Under the pieces are notes generated by a model. The model was not told where the DNA came from and made no database searches. It worked only from the letters and a program-made list of their open reading frames with translations. Made by a program: the position numbers and the translations under genes. 28,133 nt of DNA from an uncultured Aquifex sp. (lineage in GTDB: Bacteria > Aquificota > Aquificia > Aquificales > QOAS01). Every line of letters begins with the position of its first letter. Position 1 is the first letter of the stretch. Below are positions 16,539 to 25,701 of the stretch, piece after piece. The stretch spans positions 1-28,133 of the forward strand of contig CAZNBH010000001.1 of the NCBI GenBank assembly GCA_964571355.1. The letters run 5' to 3'.

Positions 16539-17972
16539 ATGTTGCTAAGTGCGATTTTAATTCCCGTTTTGCTCGCCCCTTTTGCCTATTTCTTCGATAG
16601 GTGGGCAAGATATATATCCCTTGCGGCGGCAATATTCGTAACCTTTGTAGGGGCTTATTTATGGTTTAACTATCCCGGTCAGGGTTTCGCATTTCAGGAG
16701 TTTTATCCGATACTCCCTCAGTGGGATTTTAACCTTCACCTCGGTGTAGATGCCCTTTCGATAGCCCTTATAACCTTGACCGGAATAATCGCAATACTCG
16801 TAACCCTCTCCTCTTGGAATGTGGAACGGGCAGGGGCTTACTTCTTCCTAATCCTCGTATTCCTCGGTGCTATGGTCGGTGTTTTCGCATCGCTAAACTA
16901 CCTGTGGTTTTTCATCTTTTGGGAATTTACCCTCGTTCCCATGTTTTTCCACATAGGGATTTGGGGTGCGGAAAACAGGATTTACGCGGCTGTTAAGTTT
17001 TTCCTATACACCCACCTTGCATCCATATTTATCTTTTTGGCCATTCTCATTATCTTCGTAAACACCGGTCATTTCGATTTCCTCGCCATTAAGCAGGCCA
17101 ACCTACCTATAGATTTGCAAAAAATTATTTGGGCTTTGGCCTTTGTCGGATATATCGTAAAAATGCCCGTTGTTCCCTTCCACACCTGGCTACCCGATGC
17201 CCACGTTCAGGCACCCTCCCCGATTTCGGTAATCCTGGCCGGTTTGCTCCTAAAAATGGGAGCTTACGGTTTGCTCCGTTGGAATATAGAACTCTTTCCC
17301 GAAGCTTCCAAGCATTTCATCTACTTAATGCTTGCCATAGGTTTGCTCACGGTATTCCACGCCGCCTTTAAAGCTCTATACGAGGACCACGTTAAAAGAA
17401 TGGTTGCTTACTCTTCCATCAACCATATGGGTTTAGTCTTGGTGGCATTGGCAACCCTTTCGGCGGTTGGAATAAGTGCAGCCATTTACGAGATGGTAGC
17501 CCACGCCCTAATCATTTCCCTAATGTTTATGATTGCGGGATATATCCACCATATAACCGGAACCTGGTACATCTCCCAAATAGGGGGAGGTTTGTTAAGG
17601 AAGTTTCCCTTTATAGGTACCCTCTATATGCTCGGAGCATTGGGTGCTTTAGGATTTCCCGGAACCGCCGGTTTTATTGGTGAGGTAACCGCTATTTATG
17701 CGGCCTTTGACAAATTCGGTTGGATAGCCTTAGCACTACCTTTCTCCGCGGTATTAACCGCTGGATTCTTCTTCTGGGCTATCAGAAGGATGCTGCACGG
17801 GGAACCCTCCGAATTGGTTAAAAACTTGCATTCCCATCCCCTCCCGGTGGTCGAAAGAATTCCCCTAATGGCTTATGTTGTGCTATTTGTATTGCTCGGC
17901 ATAGTTCCCTCTATACTTTTCGGCTTCATCAATAGCTACGCCAACACCTTAGGAAAAGTATTGGGAGGTTAA
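16539..17972 (+). CDS. nuoM: Complex I-like antiporter subunit M (NuoM)
   Basis: FWEFTLVP, VKMPVVPFHTWLPDAHVQAP, LLKMGAYG and GFIGEV. Confidence 0.93.
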   Translation: MLLSAILIPVLLAPFAYFFDRWARYISLAAAIFVTFVGAYLWFNYPGQGFAFQEFYPILPQWDFNLHLGVDALSIALITLTGIIAILVTLSSWNVERAGAYFFLILVFLGAMVGVFASLNYLWFFIFWEFTLVPMFFHIGIWGAENRIYAAVKFFLYTHLASIFIFLAILIIFVNTGHFDFLAIKQANLPIDLQKIIWALAFVGYIVKMPVVPFHTWLPDAHVQAPSPISVILAGLLLKMGAYGLLRWNIELFPEASKHFIYLMLAIGLLTVFHAAFKALYEDHVKRMVAYSSINHMGLVLVALATLSAVGISAAIYEMVAHALIISLMFMIAGYIHHITGTWYISQIGGGLLRKFPFIGTLYMLGALGALGFPGTAGFIGEVTAIYAAFDKFGWIALALPFSAVLTAGFFFWAIRRMLHGEPSELVKNLHSHPLPVVERIPLMAYVVLFVLLGIVPSILFGFINSYANTLGKVLGG

Positions 17973-17974
17973 CG

Positions 17975-19405
17975 ATGAACTGCGTAATATTCGGCGGAAT
18001 ACTAACCTTGGCCTTTGGAGGATTGTTGGTTCCCGTTATAGGGAACCTTTTTAAACTTTCCCGTTCTTGGCTTCTAAATCTCTATATGGTGGTATTCCTC
18101 ATAGCGGGTCTTTTGTTCCTATACGGTTTTAACCACGGGTCGTTACTGTATCCCAACCTCTTTACAACCGATACGGTTGCCTATCTACTAACCTTATTCG
18201 TTTGGTTTACCGGTGCGGTGGTTCTAATAACGATATTCAACACTTTGAAGGAAATCGAAAATCTTGCGGAAATACTCGGGGTTTATACCATATCCCTTGC
18301 GGGAGCTATTTTGACCCTTTACGCTTCCAATTTCGTTTCGTTCCTCGTCGCTATGGAACTTATGACCATTCCCTCCTACTACCTAATAATGGCAAGGCTT
18401 AACGCGATAACCGCGGAGGCGGCCACTAAATATTTCTTCAACGGAGCACTCTCCACCGGCTTTTTCCTATTCGGTATGTTGGTCATATACGCCCTAACGG
18501 GGTCTTTGGAATTCTCCAAGATTAACGAATTCTTTACCCAAGCCGATACGTTGAGCCTCCTATTTTTCGCCTTTGGATTCATAGGAATACTTTCCGCTAT
18601 AGGTTTTAAAATGTCCTTTGCGCCATACCACTTTTACGCACCCGACGTTTACACCGGTGCGCCCGCCTCCGTTGCGGCTTATCTTGCGGGAATTACCAAA
18701 AGTGCCGTAGCCGTACCGGTAATAAGGATATTCTTCGAAGCTCTGCAGTTTCAAAAGGCCGATTGGGCTATCCTACTCGCCATACTGGCGGTTATCACGA
18801 TGACCGTTGGAAACCTGTTGGCACTGGCCCAACAAAATGTTGCCCGTATACTCGCCTATTCGTCGATAGCCCACGCCGGTTATATCCTTGTGGGTTTTGC
18901 GGCTGCAGCCTCGAGCTTGGCCATTACCGGAATCGTTTACCAAGCCGTCGCCTACATATTGATGAAGGCGGGAGCCTTTCTCATAGTGACCCTACTGATT
19001 TACTACTACGGGATAAAAACCCGCCAAGAGTTAAGGGGTTTTGGAAAGGTTAACCCCTTTATGGCTCTGGTGTTCACCATATTGCTCCTCTCGCTTGCCG
19101 GTGTTCCTCCAACCGCCGGTTTTATAGCCAAGGTTTACCTCTTCCAAGCGGCCGTAGACGCCGGAATGGCTTGGTTGGCGTTTGTAGGGTTGCTAAACTC
19201 CGCCTTTGCGGTCGCCTACTACCTATGGATTATTAAAGAAATGTATCTCGAAGAGCCCCAAACCGTAAAAAAACCCTCCGATACGAGCTTTATAACCCCG
19301 ACTTTGGCAATAGGCTTGCTCGCCGTCCTATCGGTGATATTCGGAATTTGGGTAACCCCCGTGGTAAACGCATCTATAGCCTTTACCAACCTCTTTCCCT
19401 TTTAA
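17975..19405 (+). CDS. nuoN: Complex I-like antiporter subunit N (NuoN)
   Basis: MELMTIPSY, EAATKYF, GFKMSFAPYHFYAPDVYTGAP, LAYSSIAHAGY and SLAGVPPTAGFIAK. Confidence 0.93.
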   Translation: MNCVIFGGILTLAFGGLLVPVIGNLFKLSRSWLLNLYMVVFLIAGLLFLYGFNHGSLLYPNLFTTDTVAYLLTLFVWFTGAVVLITIFNTLKEIENLAEILGVYTISLAGAILTLYASNFVSFLVAMELMTIPSYYLIMARLNAITAEAATKYFFNGALSTGFFLFGMLVIYALTGSLEFSKINEFFTQADTLSLLFFAFGFIGILSAIGFKMSFAPYHFYAPDVYTGAPASVAAYLAGITKSAVAVPVIRIFFEALQFQKADWAILLAILAVITMTVGNLLALAQQNVARILAYSSIAHAGYILVGFAAAASSLAITGIVYQAVAYILMKAGAFLIVTLLIYYYGIKTRQELRGFGKVNPFMALVFTILLLSLAGVPPTAGFIAKVYLFQAAVDAGMAWLAFVGLLNSAFAVAYYLWIIKEMYLEEPQTVKKPSDTSFITPTLAIGLLAVLSVIFGIWVTPVVNASIAFTNLFPF

Positions 19406-20084
19406 GGTTCTTTCCCTTTAAACACCTTTCCCTCAAAGGACAAATATCGCACTTAGGTTCCCTTTTGAGGCAAAAGTTTTTCCCGAGTTCGTCCAACAGC
19501 GCGTGGAACTCCTTATAGACCGGAACATTTTTGGGTAAAAATTCCTCAAACAACCCCTTTGCGGTATCGTAATTAAAACCCCTACCGGTATACCTCTCCA
19601 ACCACCTCAAGGTGTACTTATCTATCACAAAACTCGGAACGTTATAGGCGTATAGGAGTATAACATCGGCGGTTTCCTTTCCAATCCCTTTGACCCTTAA
19701 AAGGTCTCCCCTTTTGGGAATAGCCCCCTTTAGGGAACGGATAAACTTTGCGACCTCCTTTAGGTAAATAGACTTTTGCCTATAGAACCCCGTCGGTTGG
19801 ACGAAAAAATGGAGTTCCTCGAGGGGGATTTTCTCCACAAACCTCAACGATAGTTCGCCGTATTCTTTGAACCTTTCGAGGGAACGCTCGACGTTTTTCC
19901 ACGACGTGTTTTGGGTTAAAACCGCCCCTATAACAATTTCGTCAAAGGGGTTTGTTTTCCTCCGAAGGTGGTAATTCCAATCGATGGGCCACCAGTTTTG
20001 CTTCCCGAAAAAGGATAAAAGGGTTAAATAGACCTCAAAAAGGTCGGCGTTTATCTTTTCCCCCATGGGTCGGAATTCTTCCAA
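19383..20084 (-). CDS. HhH-GPD endonuclease III-related DNA glycosylase with Fe-S cluster loop
   Basis: GAVLTQNTSWKNV, LLRVKGIGKETAD, FVIDKYT and C-terminal CLKREPKCDICPLRERC. Alternative start 20066. Confidence 0.88.
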   Translation of the reverse strand: MEEFRPMGEKINADLFEVYLTLLSFFGKQNWWPIDWNYHLRRKTNPFDEIVIGAVLTQNTSWKNVERSLERFKEYGELSLRFVEKIPLEELHFFVQPTGFYRQKSIYLKEVAKFIRSLKGAIPKRGDLLRVKGIGKETADVILLYAYNVPSFVIDKYTLRWLERYTGRGFNYDTAKGLFEEFLPKNVPVYKEFHALLDELGKNFCLKREPKCDICPLRERCLKGKNLKRERGW

Positions 20085-20126
20085 ACCTTTAAGGGGATAA
20101 GGATAAGGGAAAACCTTTAAAGGGGA

Positions 20127-20624
20127 CTACTCCCCGTAATATTCCGCCTTAGAAGTTGCGGTTTCCCATACCGCCACCTTTACCACCGAAACGTCCTTTA
20201 CACCCGCCTCTTTAAATTTTTGTTCTAAGTATTTATAGATAAACTCCGCCAACCGCTCCGCGGTTGGGACAAAGTCGACGACAAAGAGCTTTAAACCGAA
20301 CTGCTCCGCCATTTCCTTCAACTTGGGAAATAGGGGGTCGTTCTTATCGACTATAAAGGAGTGGTCGAGGCGGTAGTCTATTAGCTCCCTAATGGCACTC
20401 TTTAGGTGGTAAAAATCCATAACCATATCGGCGTCCAACGTATCGGAACCGATGGTAATCTCCACCACGTAGCTATGACCGTGTAAATGGCGGCACTTGT
20501 TCTCGGGGGGGCAAGCGTTCCCACTGAGGGATGAACCCCTACCTTGGGCTAAATTTTGATTCCAAACCCTATGTCCCGCCTCGAAGCGGTAAACCTTCGT
20601 AATTTCGTACCTAAAGCGTTTCAT
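20127..20624 (-). CDS. queD: 6-carboxytetrahydropterin synthase QueD (PTPS family)
   Basis: FEAGH, CRHLHGHSY, MVMDFYHLK, LDH, PTAERLA and VWET. Confidence 0.88.
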   Translation of the reverse strand: MKRFRYEITKVYRFEAGHRVWNQNLAQGRGSSLSGNACPPENKCRHLHGHSYVVEITIGSDTLDADMVMDFYHLKSAIRELIDYRLDHSFIVDKNDPLFPKLKEMAEQFGLKLFVVDFVPTAERLAEFIYKYLEQKFKEAGVKDVSVVKVAVWETATSKAEYYGE

Positions 20625-20655
20625 TCCCTCTTATTTTCCAATAAAGGGAAAGGAG

Positions 20656-20675
20656 GAAAAATAACCCCGACGGGG
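20656..20675 (-). terminator. Weak terminator-like hairpin after the RND gene
   Basis: The minus strand reads cccc-gtc-gggg followed by ttatttttc. Confidence 0.35.
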
Positions 20676-20679
20676 AAAC

Positions 20680-23600
20680 TTAGGAGGAAAGTTTAGACCT
20701 CAAGCGGTAAAGGATGAAGTAGAAAATGGGAACGTAAACCAAGGTTAGGAACGTTCCCACCAAAAGACCGCCGATGGCAACCCAGGATAGGGGGGCTAGC
20801 CTTTCCAATCCAACCGCCTTTTGGAGGGCTATGGGGATAAGACCAGCTATGGTAGCAAAGGCGGTCATCAAAACCGGTCGGGTTCTCACCCTTACCGCCT
20901 CCACCAAAGCCTTCCCAATATCGCCGAACCTCCTTAGGTAATCCTCCGCAAAGTCGATGAGGAGTATAGCGTTCCTAATGATGATACCCGAAACGAGTAT
21001 AAGTCCCATCATCGCGGGGGCGCAGCGGTGCTGATTGGCAAAGAGCAAAAACCACATACTACCCATAGCGGCGAGGGGAATTGCCAATATTATTGCGAGC
21101 GGAGCGCTAAAAGATTCAAATGCAACCACGAGAACAAAGTAGGCGAAAACAGCACCTACCAAGAATGCTATAGCCATCTTTGTCAGGGCTTCCTTCATGG
21201 TTCCGAATTCACCCATATCCTTAATCTCAAACCCCGGGGGAAGCTGTTTTTCAAACTTTTTGTTAATCATGTGAGCCTGCTTTATCACGAAGGAAGAGGG
21301 AGCGGTATCCTTCCAAACCAATACGTCTATCGAGTATTTAAGCGCTTCCCTTGTAATTAATGGAATGTTGGGCTTTATCACCAGTTCCCCCAATTGGGTA
21401 ATGGGAACCATGCCCCTGCGGGTTTTTATCAAAACACTCCTTAGGTCGTCTATGTTTTTCCTATTGTTGGAGCTGAATTGAACAGTTACCCCCAATGGGG
21501 TTTCGTTTGGAACTATAAAGGTGGAGGCTACCTTTCCGTGTATTGCGCTTGCCAGTTGCTGGGCTACCTCGAAGAGGCTAACCCCGTAATAGTTCATTTC
21601 GGCAAAATTGGGAATAAACCTTATTTCGAGGTTGTCTATCTGCCACGATAGTTTTACCGAGGAAGCCCCCTTAATGTTGAAATAGAGGTTATAGAGCTTA
21701 TCCCCGTAGGGGAATAGTTCCTTATAGTCATTTGACATAATTACGGTGTCGACCGTTCCTTTAATCGAAGATAGGGGGGTAGCCCCTTGGGCGATGAGGT
21801 TAACCATTTTCACGCCGGGAATTTGAGAAATCTCTTTCATTAAACGGTGCTCTATCTGCCAAATGGTCTCCTTACGGTGGAATCTATCCACGTAGGTAAT
21901 CACCATTTGGGCGTTTTGAACGTTTCCCCCACCACCTACGGTGATTACACCCGGTTCGGTTCCGAAATAAATCGCATACCTTTTCAGTCCCCTACTCCTT
22001 TCCCTTTCCAATATTCGGGTTATTTCCTTTGCTATCTTTTCCACTTGGTGGTAGGAAAGATTTGCATCCAATTGGAGGGAACCGCTCAACACCCCGGTAT
22101 CCATCGGGGGCATCGTATCCTTCCCCAAAATGGGGACTACCAAACGGGCGGATAACACAAAAAGGGACATTATTGCGACCATGTAAAGGGGTATCACCTT
22201 CGGACGTTCCACGACGTTCTTAACCAAAACCACGTAGAGGTTTCTAAACGGGTTAACGATTATCGGAATTATGTATTTCTCCACAAAGCGGTCCAAGAAA
22301 TTCCTCTTAACCTCCCCTTTGCGGTACATAAACGCCGCGAACAGCGGTAGGAAGGTCACCGAAACGAACCAGGACACCCAAATGGCGATAATCAAGGTGG
22401 TGACCAAAAAGTGGAAAACCTTTGCCGCATAACCTCCCACAAAGAGAAGGGGTAGGAGAACCGCCGTAATCGCCAAGGACCCGGCGGCTACGGCGAACAT
22501 AACCTCTTTGGTTCCGTTGATAACCGCCGTTTTAACGTCCTCCTTTAGCTCCGATATATGCCTCTCTATGTTTTCCAAAACAACAACGGCGTCGTCGGCG
22601 AGCATACCGAGGGCGAGGATAAGACCCGTTTCGGAAACTATGTTGAACTCAATCCCCAAAAGGCGCATTATCCCTATAGAACCGACGAAAACAAAGGGAA
22701 TAGAGAAAATAACCCCGAGGGTGAGGTTGGTATTCGCCAAAAAGAGGAACATCACTATCAGGGTGAAAACAACGGCGTCCCTCAATACCTCGAGCATGTT
22801 GTAAAAGGAGGTAAGGGTTATATCCTTCATAGTGTCGGCTACGACGATGTTGAGCTCGGGATATTCCCTTTTAAGTTTCGGAATGAGGCTTTCCACCTCG
22901 TTAATCGTCTTTATATAGTCCCCACCCTCGAGCCTTTGAACCGCCAAAGCCACCGCCTCGTGTCCGTTGGCGAAGAAGAAACTCCTCGGGTCGGCGTGCC
23001 CAACCCTAACGGTGGCCACATCGGAGAGCTTAACCGTAGGGGTGATAAATAGGTTTTTTAGCTCCTCCACGTGGGTAGATTGACCGATAAGTTTTAACGT
23101 TATTTGGTTTTTGGGACCAATCAAAACCCCTATGGGGATATTTTGATTATTCGCCGCTACGATTTTGTAAACATCCTCCGCCGTAAGGTTGTACTCCTTC
23201 AACCTTTGGGGGTTTAGTTCAATTCTTACCTCCTTTTGGTATCCCCCAAAAACGTCGACATTCCTAACGTGGGGTAAAAGTTGGAGTTGGTCCTTTATCT
23301 GGTTCTCCGCAATCTCTCTCACATCGGCGAGCGATAAATGGCTTCCCTTTTTGGGATAAACCGCCAAAACGATAACCGGCGGGGTGGAACTGGTTTTTTT
23401 AAACACCATAGGGGGTAAAACCCCTTTTGGGAGGTTAACCTTTTTGAGTTCGTTTATAACGTCCACCACCGCCGTATCGGGATTTTTCCCGTAGTTGAAC
23501 TCCACGTCTATCGAAGAAACCCCGTCGAGGGAGGTTGAGGTAATCCTCCTCACGAGGGAAATGGTTTGAACCCTCCTTTCAATGGGGATGGTTACGTATG

Positions 23601-23784
23601 TAGCGACGTTTTCCGCATCGGCACCGGGGTATCTCGTAACGATTACCACGTGGGGTCTCTCTATATCGGGAAACAACTTTTTGGGAAGGGTGAAATAACC
23701 GATTACCCCCAAAACGGTAAGGATTCCGAAAATTGCAAAGATGAAATACTTCCGACGAAACACGAAATCGACGAAATTAAACAT
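20680..23784 (-). CDS. RND efflux inner-membrane pump (AcrB/AcrD/AcrF superfamily)
   Basis: 1034 aa with 12-TM topology; GMLADDAVVVLENIERH, GIIIRNAILLID and RTRPVLMT. Confidence 0.92.
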   Translation of the reverse strand: MFNFVDFVFRRKYFIFAIFGILTVLGVIGYFTLPKKLFPDIERPHVVIVTRYPGADAENVATYVTIPIERRVQTISLVRRITSTSLDGVSSIDVEFNYGKNPDTAVVDVINELKKVNLPKGVLPPMVFKKTSSTPPVIVLAVYPKKGSHLSLADVREIAENQIKDQLQLLPHVRNVDVFGGYQKEVRIELNPQRLKEYNLTAEDVYKIVAANNQNIPIGVLIGPKNQITLKLIGQSTHVEELKNLFITPTVKLSDVATVRVGHADPRSFFFANGHEAVALAVQRLEGGDYIKTINEVESLIPKLKREYPELNIVVADTMKDITLTSFYNMLEVLRDAVVFTLIVMFLFLANTNLTLGVIFSIPFVFVGSIGIMRLLGIEFNIVSETGLILALGMLADDAVVVLENIERHISELKEDVKTAVINGTKEVMFAVAAGSLAITAVLLPLLFVGGYAAKVFHFLVTTLIIAIWVSWFVSVTFLPLFAAFMYRKGEVKRNFLDRFVEKYIIPIIVNPFRNLYVVLVKNVVERPKVIPLYMVAIMSLFVLSARLVVPILGKDTMPPMDTGVLSGSLQLDANLSYHQVEKIAKEITRILERERSRGLKRYAIYFGTEPGVITVGGGGNVQNAQMVITYVDRFHRKETIWQIEHRLMKEISQIPGVKMVNLIAQGATPLSSIKGTVDTVIMSNDYKELFPYGDKLYNLYFNIKGASSVKLSWQIDNLEIRFIPNFAEMNYYGVSLFEVAQQLASAIHGKVASTFIVPNETPLGVTVQFSSNNRKNIDDLRSVLIKTRRGMVPITQLGELVIKPNIPLITREALKYSIDVLVWKDTAPSSFVIKQAHMINKKFEKQLPPGFEIKDMGEFGTMKEALTKMAIAFLVGAVFAYFVLVVAFESFSAPLAIILAIPLAAMGSMWFLLFANQHRCAPAMMGLILVSGIIIRNAILLIDFAEDYLRRFGDIGKALVEAVRVRTRPVLMTAFATIAGLIPIALQKAVGLERLAPLSWVAIGGLLVGTFLTLVYVPIFYFILYRLRSKLSS

Positions 23785-23799
23785 AAAAAGGTTATTCTC

Positions 23800-25062
23800 C
23801 TATACAAAGACCCCCTCCAGGGGTGCGGGTTCCAGTTTATCCCCTAAATAGGGATGTAGTTCGAGCAAATAATCCTTTCCGAGGTTATAACTTTGAGCCC
23901 CGAGAACCGCAAGGGTAATCCTTCCGCTTTTGATTTCCCCGAGGTGTTCTTTAATAAATTCCTCCACCTCTTGGGGGTTTACCCCTTCCCCACCAAAGGT
24001 GGTATCGGCGGGTATGAAATAGACCTTTTCGGGGTTTTCCAAATTACCGATTAACAGATTGCGGGACTTTACAAACTGCACCCTCACCTCGAGGGTGGCG
24101 GAAATCCGGTTTTCCCTTAGAAGGTTCTCGTATTTTTTCTCCACCAAAAAGGTCGGATTTGATAGACCTACCCCCTTTAGGGGATAGCCCTTTAGTTCCT
24201 CCACCAGTTCTATAACTACGTTTTGCCTGTTTAGGTAGAGCCTATTTTCCACCTTCCTTACAACGTCCCCCTTTGCGACCCCCCTAATCGGTGCAGAAAA
24301 GGGTTTTATCAACGAGGGGATAACCTTTTTAAGTTTCGGTATCTCTATCTTTCCCCTCAAAGGGAACCACCCCAAGAATTGGAATTCCTCCTCCTTGGTG
24401 GGTAGTTCCAAAAGTTCGGCAAACACCTTGAGGGTTCTAATAAAAATGTGTTCCTCCTTGGTTCCCGGTATTCTCCCGTAAAACCCCACGAGGTCCAAAA
24501 AGGAGTTTTCCCCCTTTTGTTGGAGTAGGGCAAACATACACCCGCAGTAGTCCTGCCTCCAAATTTCGAGCTCCTTTACGAGTTTGTTCATTTCCTGAAC
24601 GCCGCCCTTTTTGCGGTAATCCTTGAAGATGAATTCGACCCCGTAGAGGTTCTCCAGTTTCTTTCCCACCTTTTGGAGTTGCTCCTGACTCTTTTTCGGG
24701 GACATAAGGAGGGTTGTTGTAAAGGCGTCGCACCCGAGCTCCTTGGCGAGTTTTACCGAGCTCTCGAGGCGGTCGTCGAAGCACAAAACGCACCTAGCCC
24801 CCTTTTCCGGCTCGTTTTCGTAGCCCTTTACCCTTTTTAGCCACCCCTCAAGGTTATAATCCCCCTCTATAAATTCAATTCCCAGAAGGTGGCAAGCCCT
24901 CTCGCTCTCCTTCAAACGGAGTAAATATTCCTCATAGGGGTGTATATTGGGGTCGTAAAAGTAACCGATAATTTCGGCGTCTGGGTAATCTTCCCTAAGC
25001 CTTTTTAAAAAATAAATCGCGTCGACCGCGCAACAAATGTGGGCTAAAATCTTTTTGGGCAT
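23800..25062 (-). CDS. queH: Epoxyqueuosine reductase QueH with long C-terminal extension
   Basis: HICCAVD, YDPNIHPYEEY, RCVLCF, TTLLMSPKK and RQDYCGC within the first 180 aa, then about 240 extra aa. Confidence 0.85.
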   Translation of the reverse strand: MPKKILAHICCAVDAIYFLKRLREDYPDAEIIGYFYDPNIHPYEEYLLRLKESERACHLLGIEFIEGDYNLEGWLKRVKGYENEPEKGARCVLCFDDRLESSVKLAKELGCDAFTTTLLMSPKKSQEQLQKVGKKLENLYGVEFIFKDYRKKGGVQEMNKLVKELEIWRQDYCGCMFALLQQKGENSFLDLVGFYGRIPGTKEEHIFIRTLKVFAELLELPTKEEEFQFLGWFPLRGKIEIPKLKKVIPSLIKPFSAPIRGVAKGDVVRKVENRLYLNRQNVVIELVEELKGYPLKGVGLSNPTFLVEKKYENLLRENRISATLEVRVQFVKSRNLLIGNLENPEKVYFIPADTTFGGEGVNPQEVEEFIKEHLGEIKSGRITLAVLGAQSYNLGKDYLLELHPYLGDKLEPAPLEGVFV

Positions 25063-25069
25063 CTAACTT

Positions 25070-25097
25070 AAAAAGAAAACCCAACCCCCTTCGGGGG
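25070..25097 (-). terminator. Terminator-like hairpin between DUF507 and queH
   Basis: The minus strand reads ccccc-gaa-ggggg then ttgggttttcttttt. Confidence 0.45.
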
Positions 25098-25110
25098 ACA
25101 ATGTTAAAGA

Positions 25111-25662
25111 TTACTCGTAACCTTTTTCCTTCATAACCTCGGTTAGGTATTTCCTATAGATAAAGTTCCAGTCGTCGCTTCCGATGAGGATATCCCTCTT
25201 TTGAGCCTCCTCCTCCGCCCTGCGGGTTGCCTCCCTCTCTATAGCCTTCTGCTCCCCGACGGCATCTTTTAGGATTTGGGCAATTTTCTTTCTAATGTTG
25301 TAGGGCTCGTCGTAAATCTCTATCTCGTCGTCCTCCATAATCCAGTCCATAATACGTTTCGCTATTTGGTTCATCCTCTCGAAGGGGTTCAGGTTTATAT
25401 TCCTCTCCTCGGCGAGTTTTCTCTTTATAACCGCAACCGCCTTGGCGCTGTCGAGACCCGTTTCGTCCAATATGTGGATGTTTTCCTTTAAAACCCTTTT
25501 GGCGTCCTCTATAAGTTGGAGTTCCTCCTTTTGTGCCTCCTCAAAAATAGCCTTTACCTTTAGAAGGAACTTGTCCTTATCTACCTCCACTATGTTCGTC
25601 TCAACCAGCTCCGCCACAAGGCGGTTTATAGCCTTTTCCAAAATCTTCGGGTGGATTTTCAT
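25111..25662 (-). CDS. DUF507-family protein (two repeated helical domains)
   Basis: Duplicated pattern RLVAEL..IVEV..K / RIMDWI..EIEIYDEP..IRKKI; ends KYLTEVMKEKGY. ATG 25662 has a GGAG SD; the track start is 25698. Confidence 0.7.
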   Translation of the reverse strand: MKIHPKILEKAINRLVAELVETNIVEVDKDKFLLKVKAIFEEAQKEELQLIEDAKRVLKENIHILDETGLDSAKAVAVIKRKLAEERNINLNPFERMNQIAKRIMDWIMEDDEIEIYDEPYNIRKKIAQILKDAVGEQKAIEREATRRAEEEAQKRDILIGSDDWNFIYRKYLTEVMKEKGYE

Positions 25663-25701
25663 CTTCCAAACTCCAAAGGGGATTATTATAGGTTTCAACA
25701 G

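Noticed and set aside
9940-19405. Group 4 [NiFe]-hydrogenase (Ech/Hyf/Mbh) call for the operon
   Set aside because: The large subunit has only two Cys (CxxD twice), not the two CxxC motifs needed for the NiFe site, and there are no hyp maturation genes in the window.
22558-23052. 164-aa plus-strand ORF and other 60-155 aa track ORFs nested in or antisense to called genes (e.g. 752-1030, 8638 extension, 24437-24793, 26109-26576)
   Set aside because: They are fully overlapped by well-supported genes, lack recognisable motifs and have compositions typical of off-frame translations.
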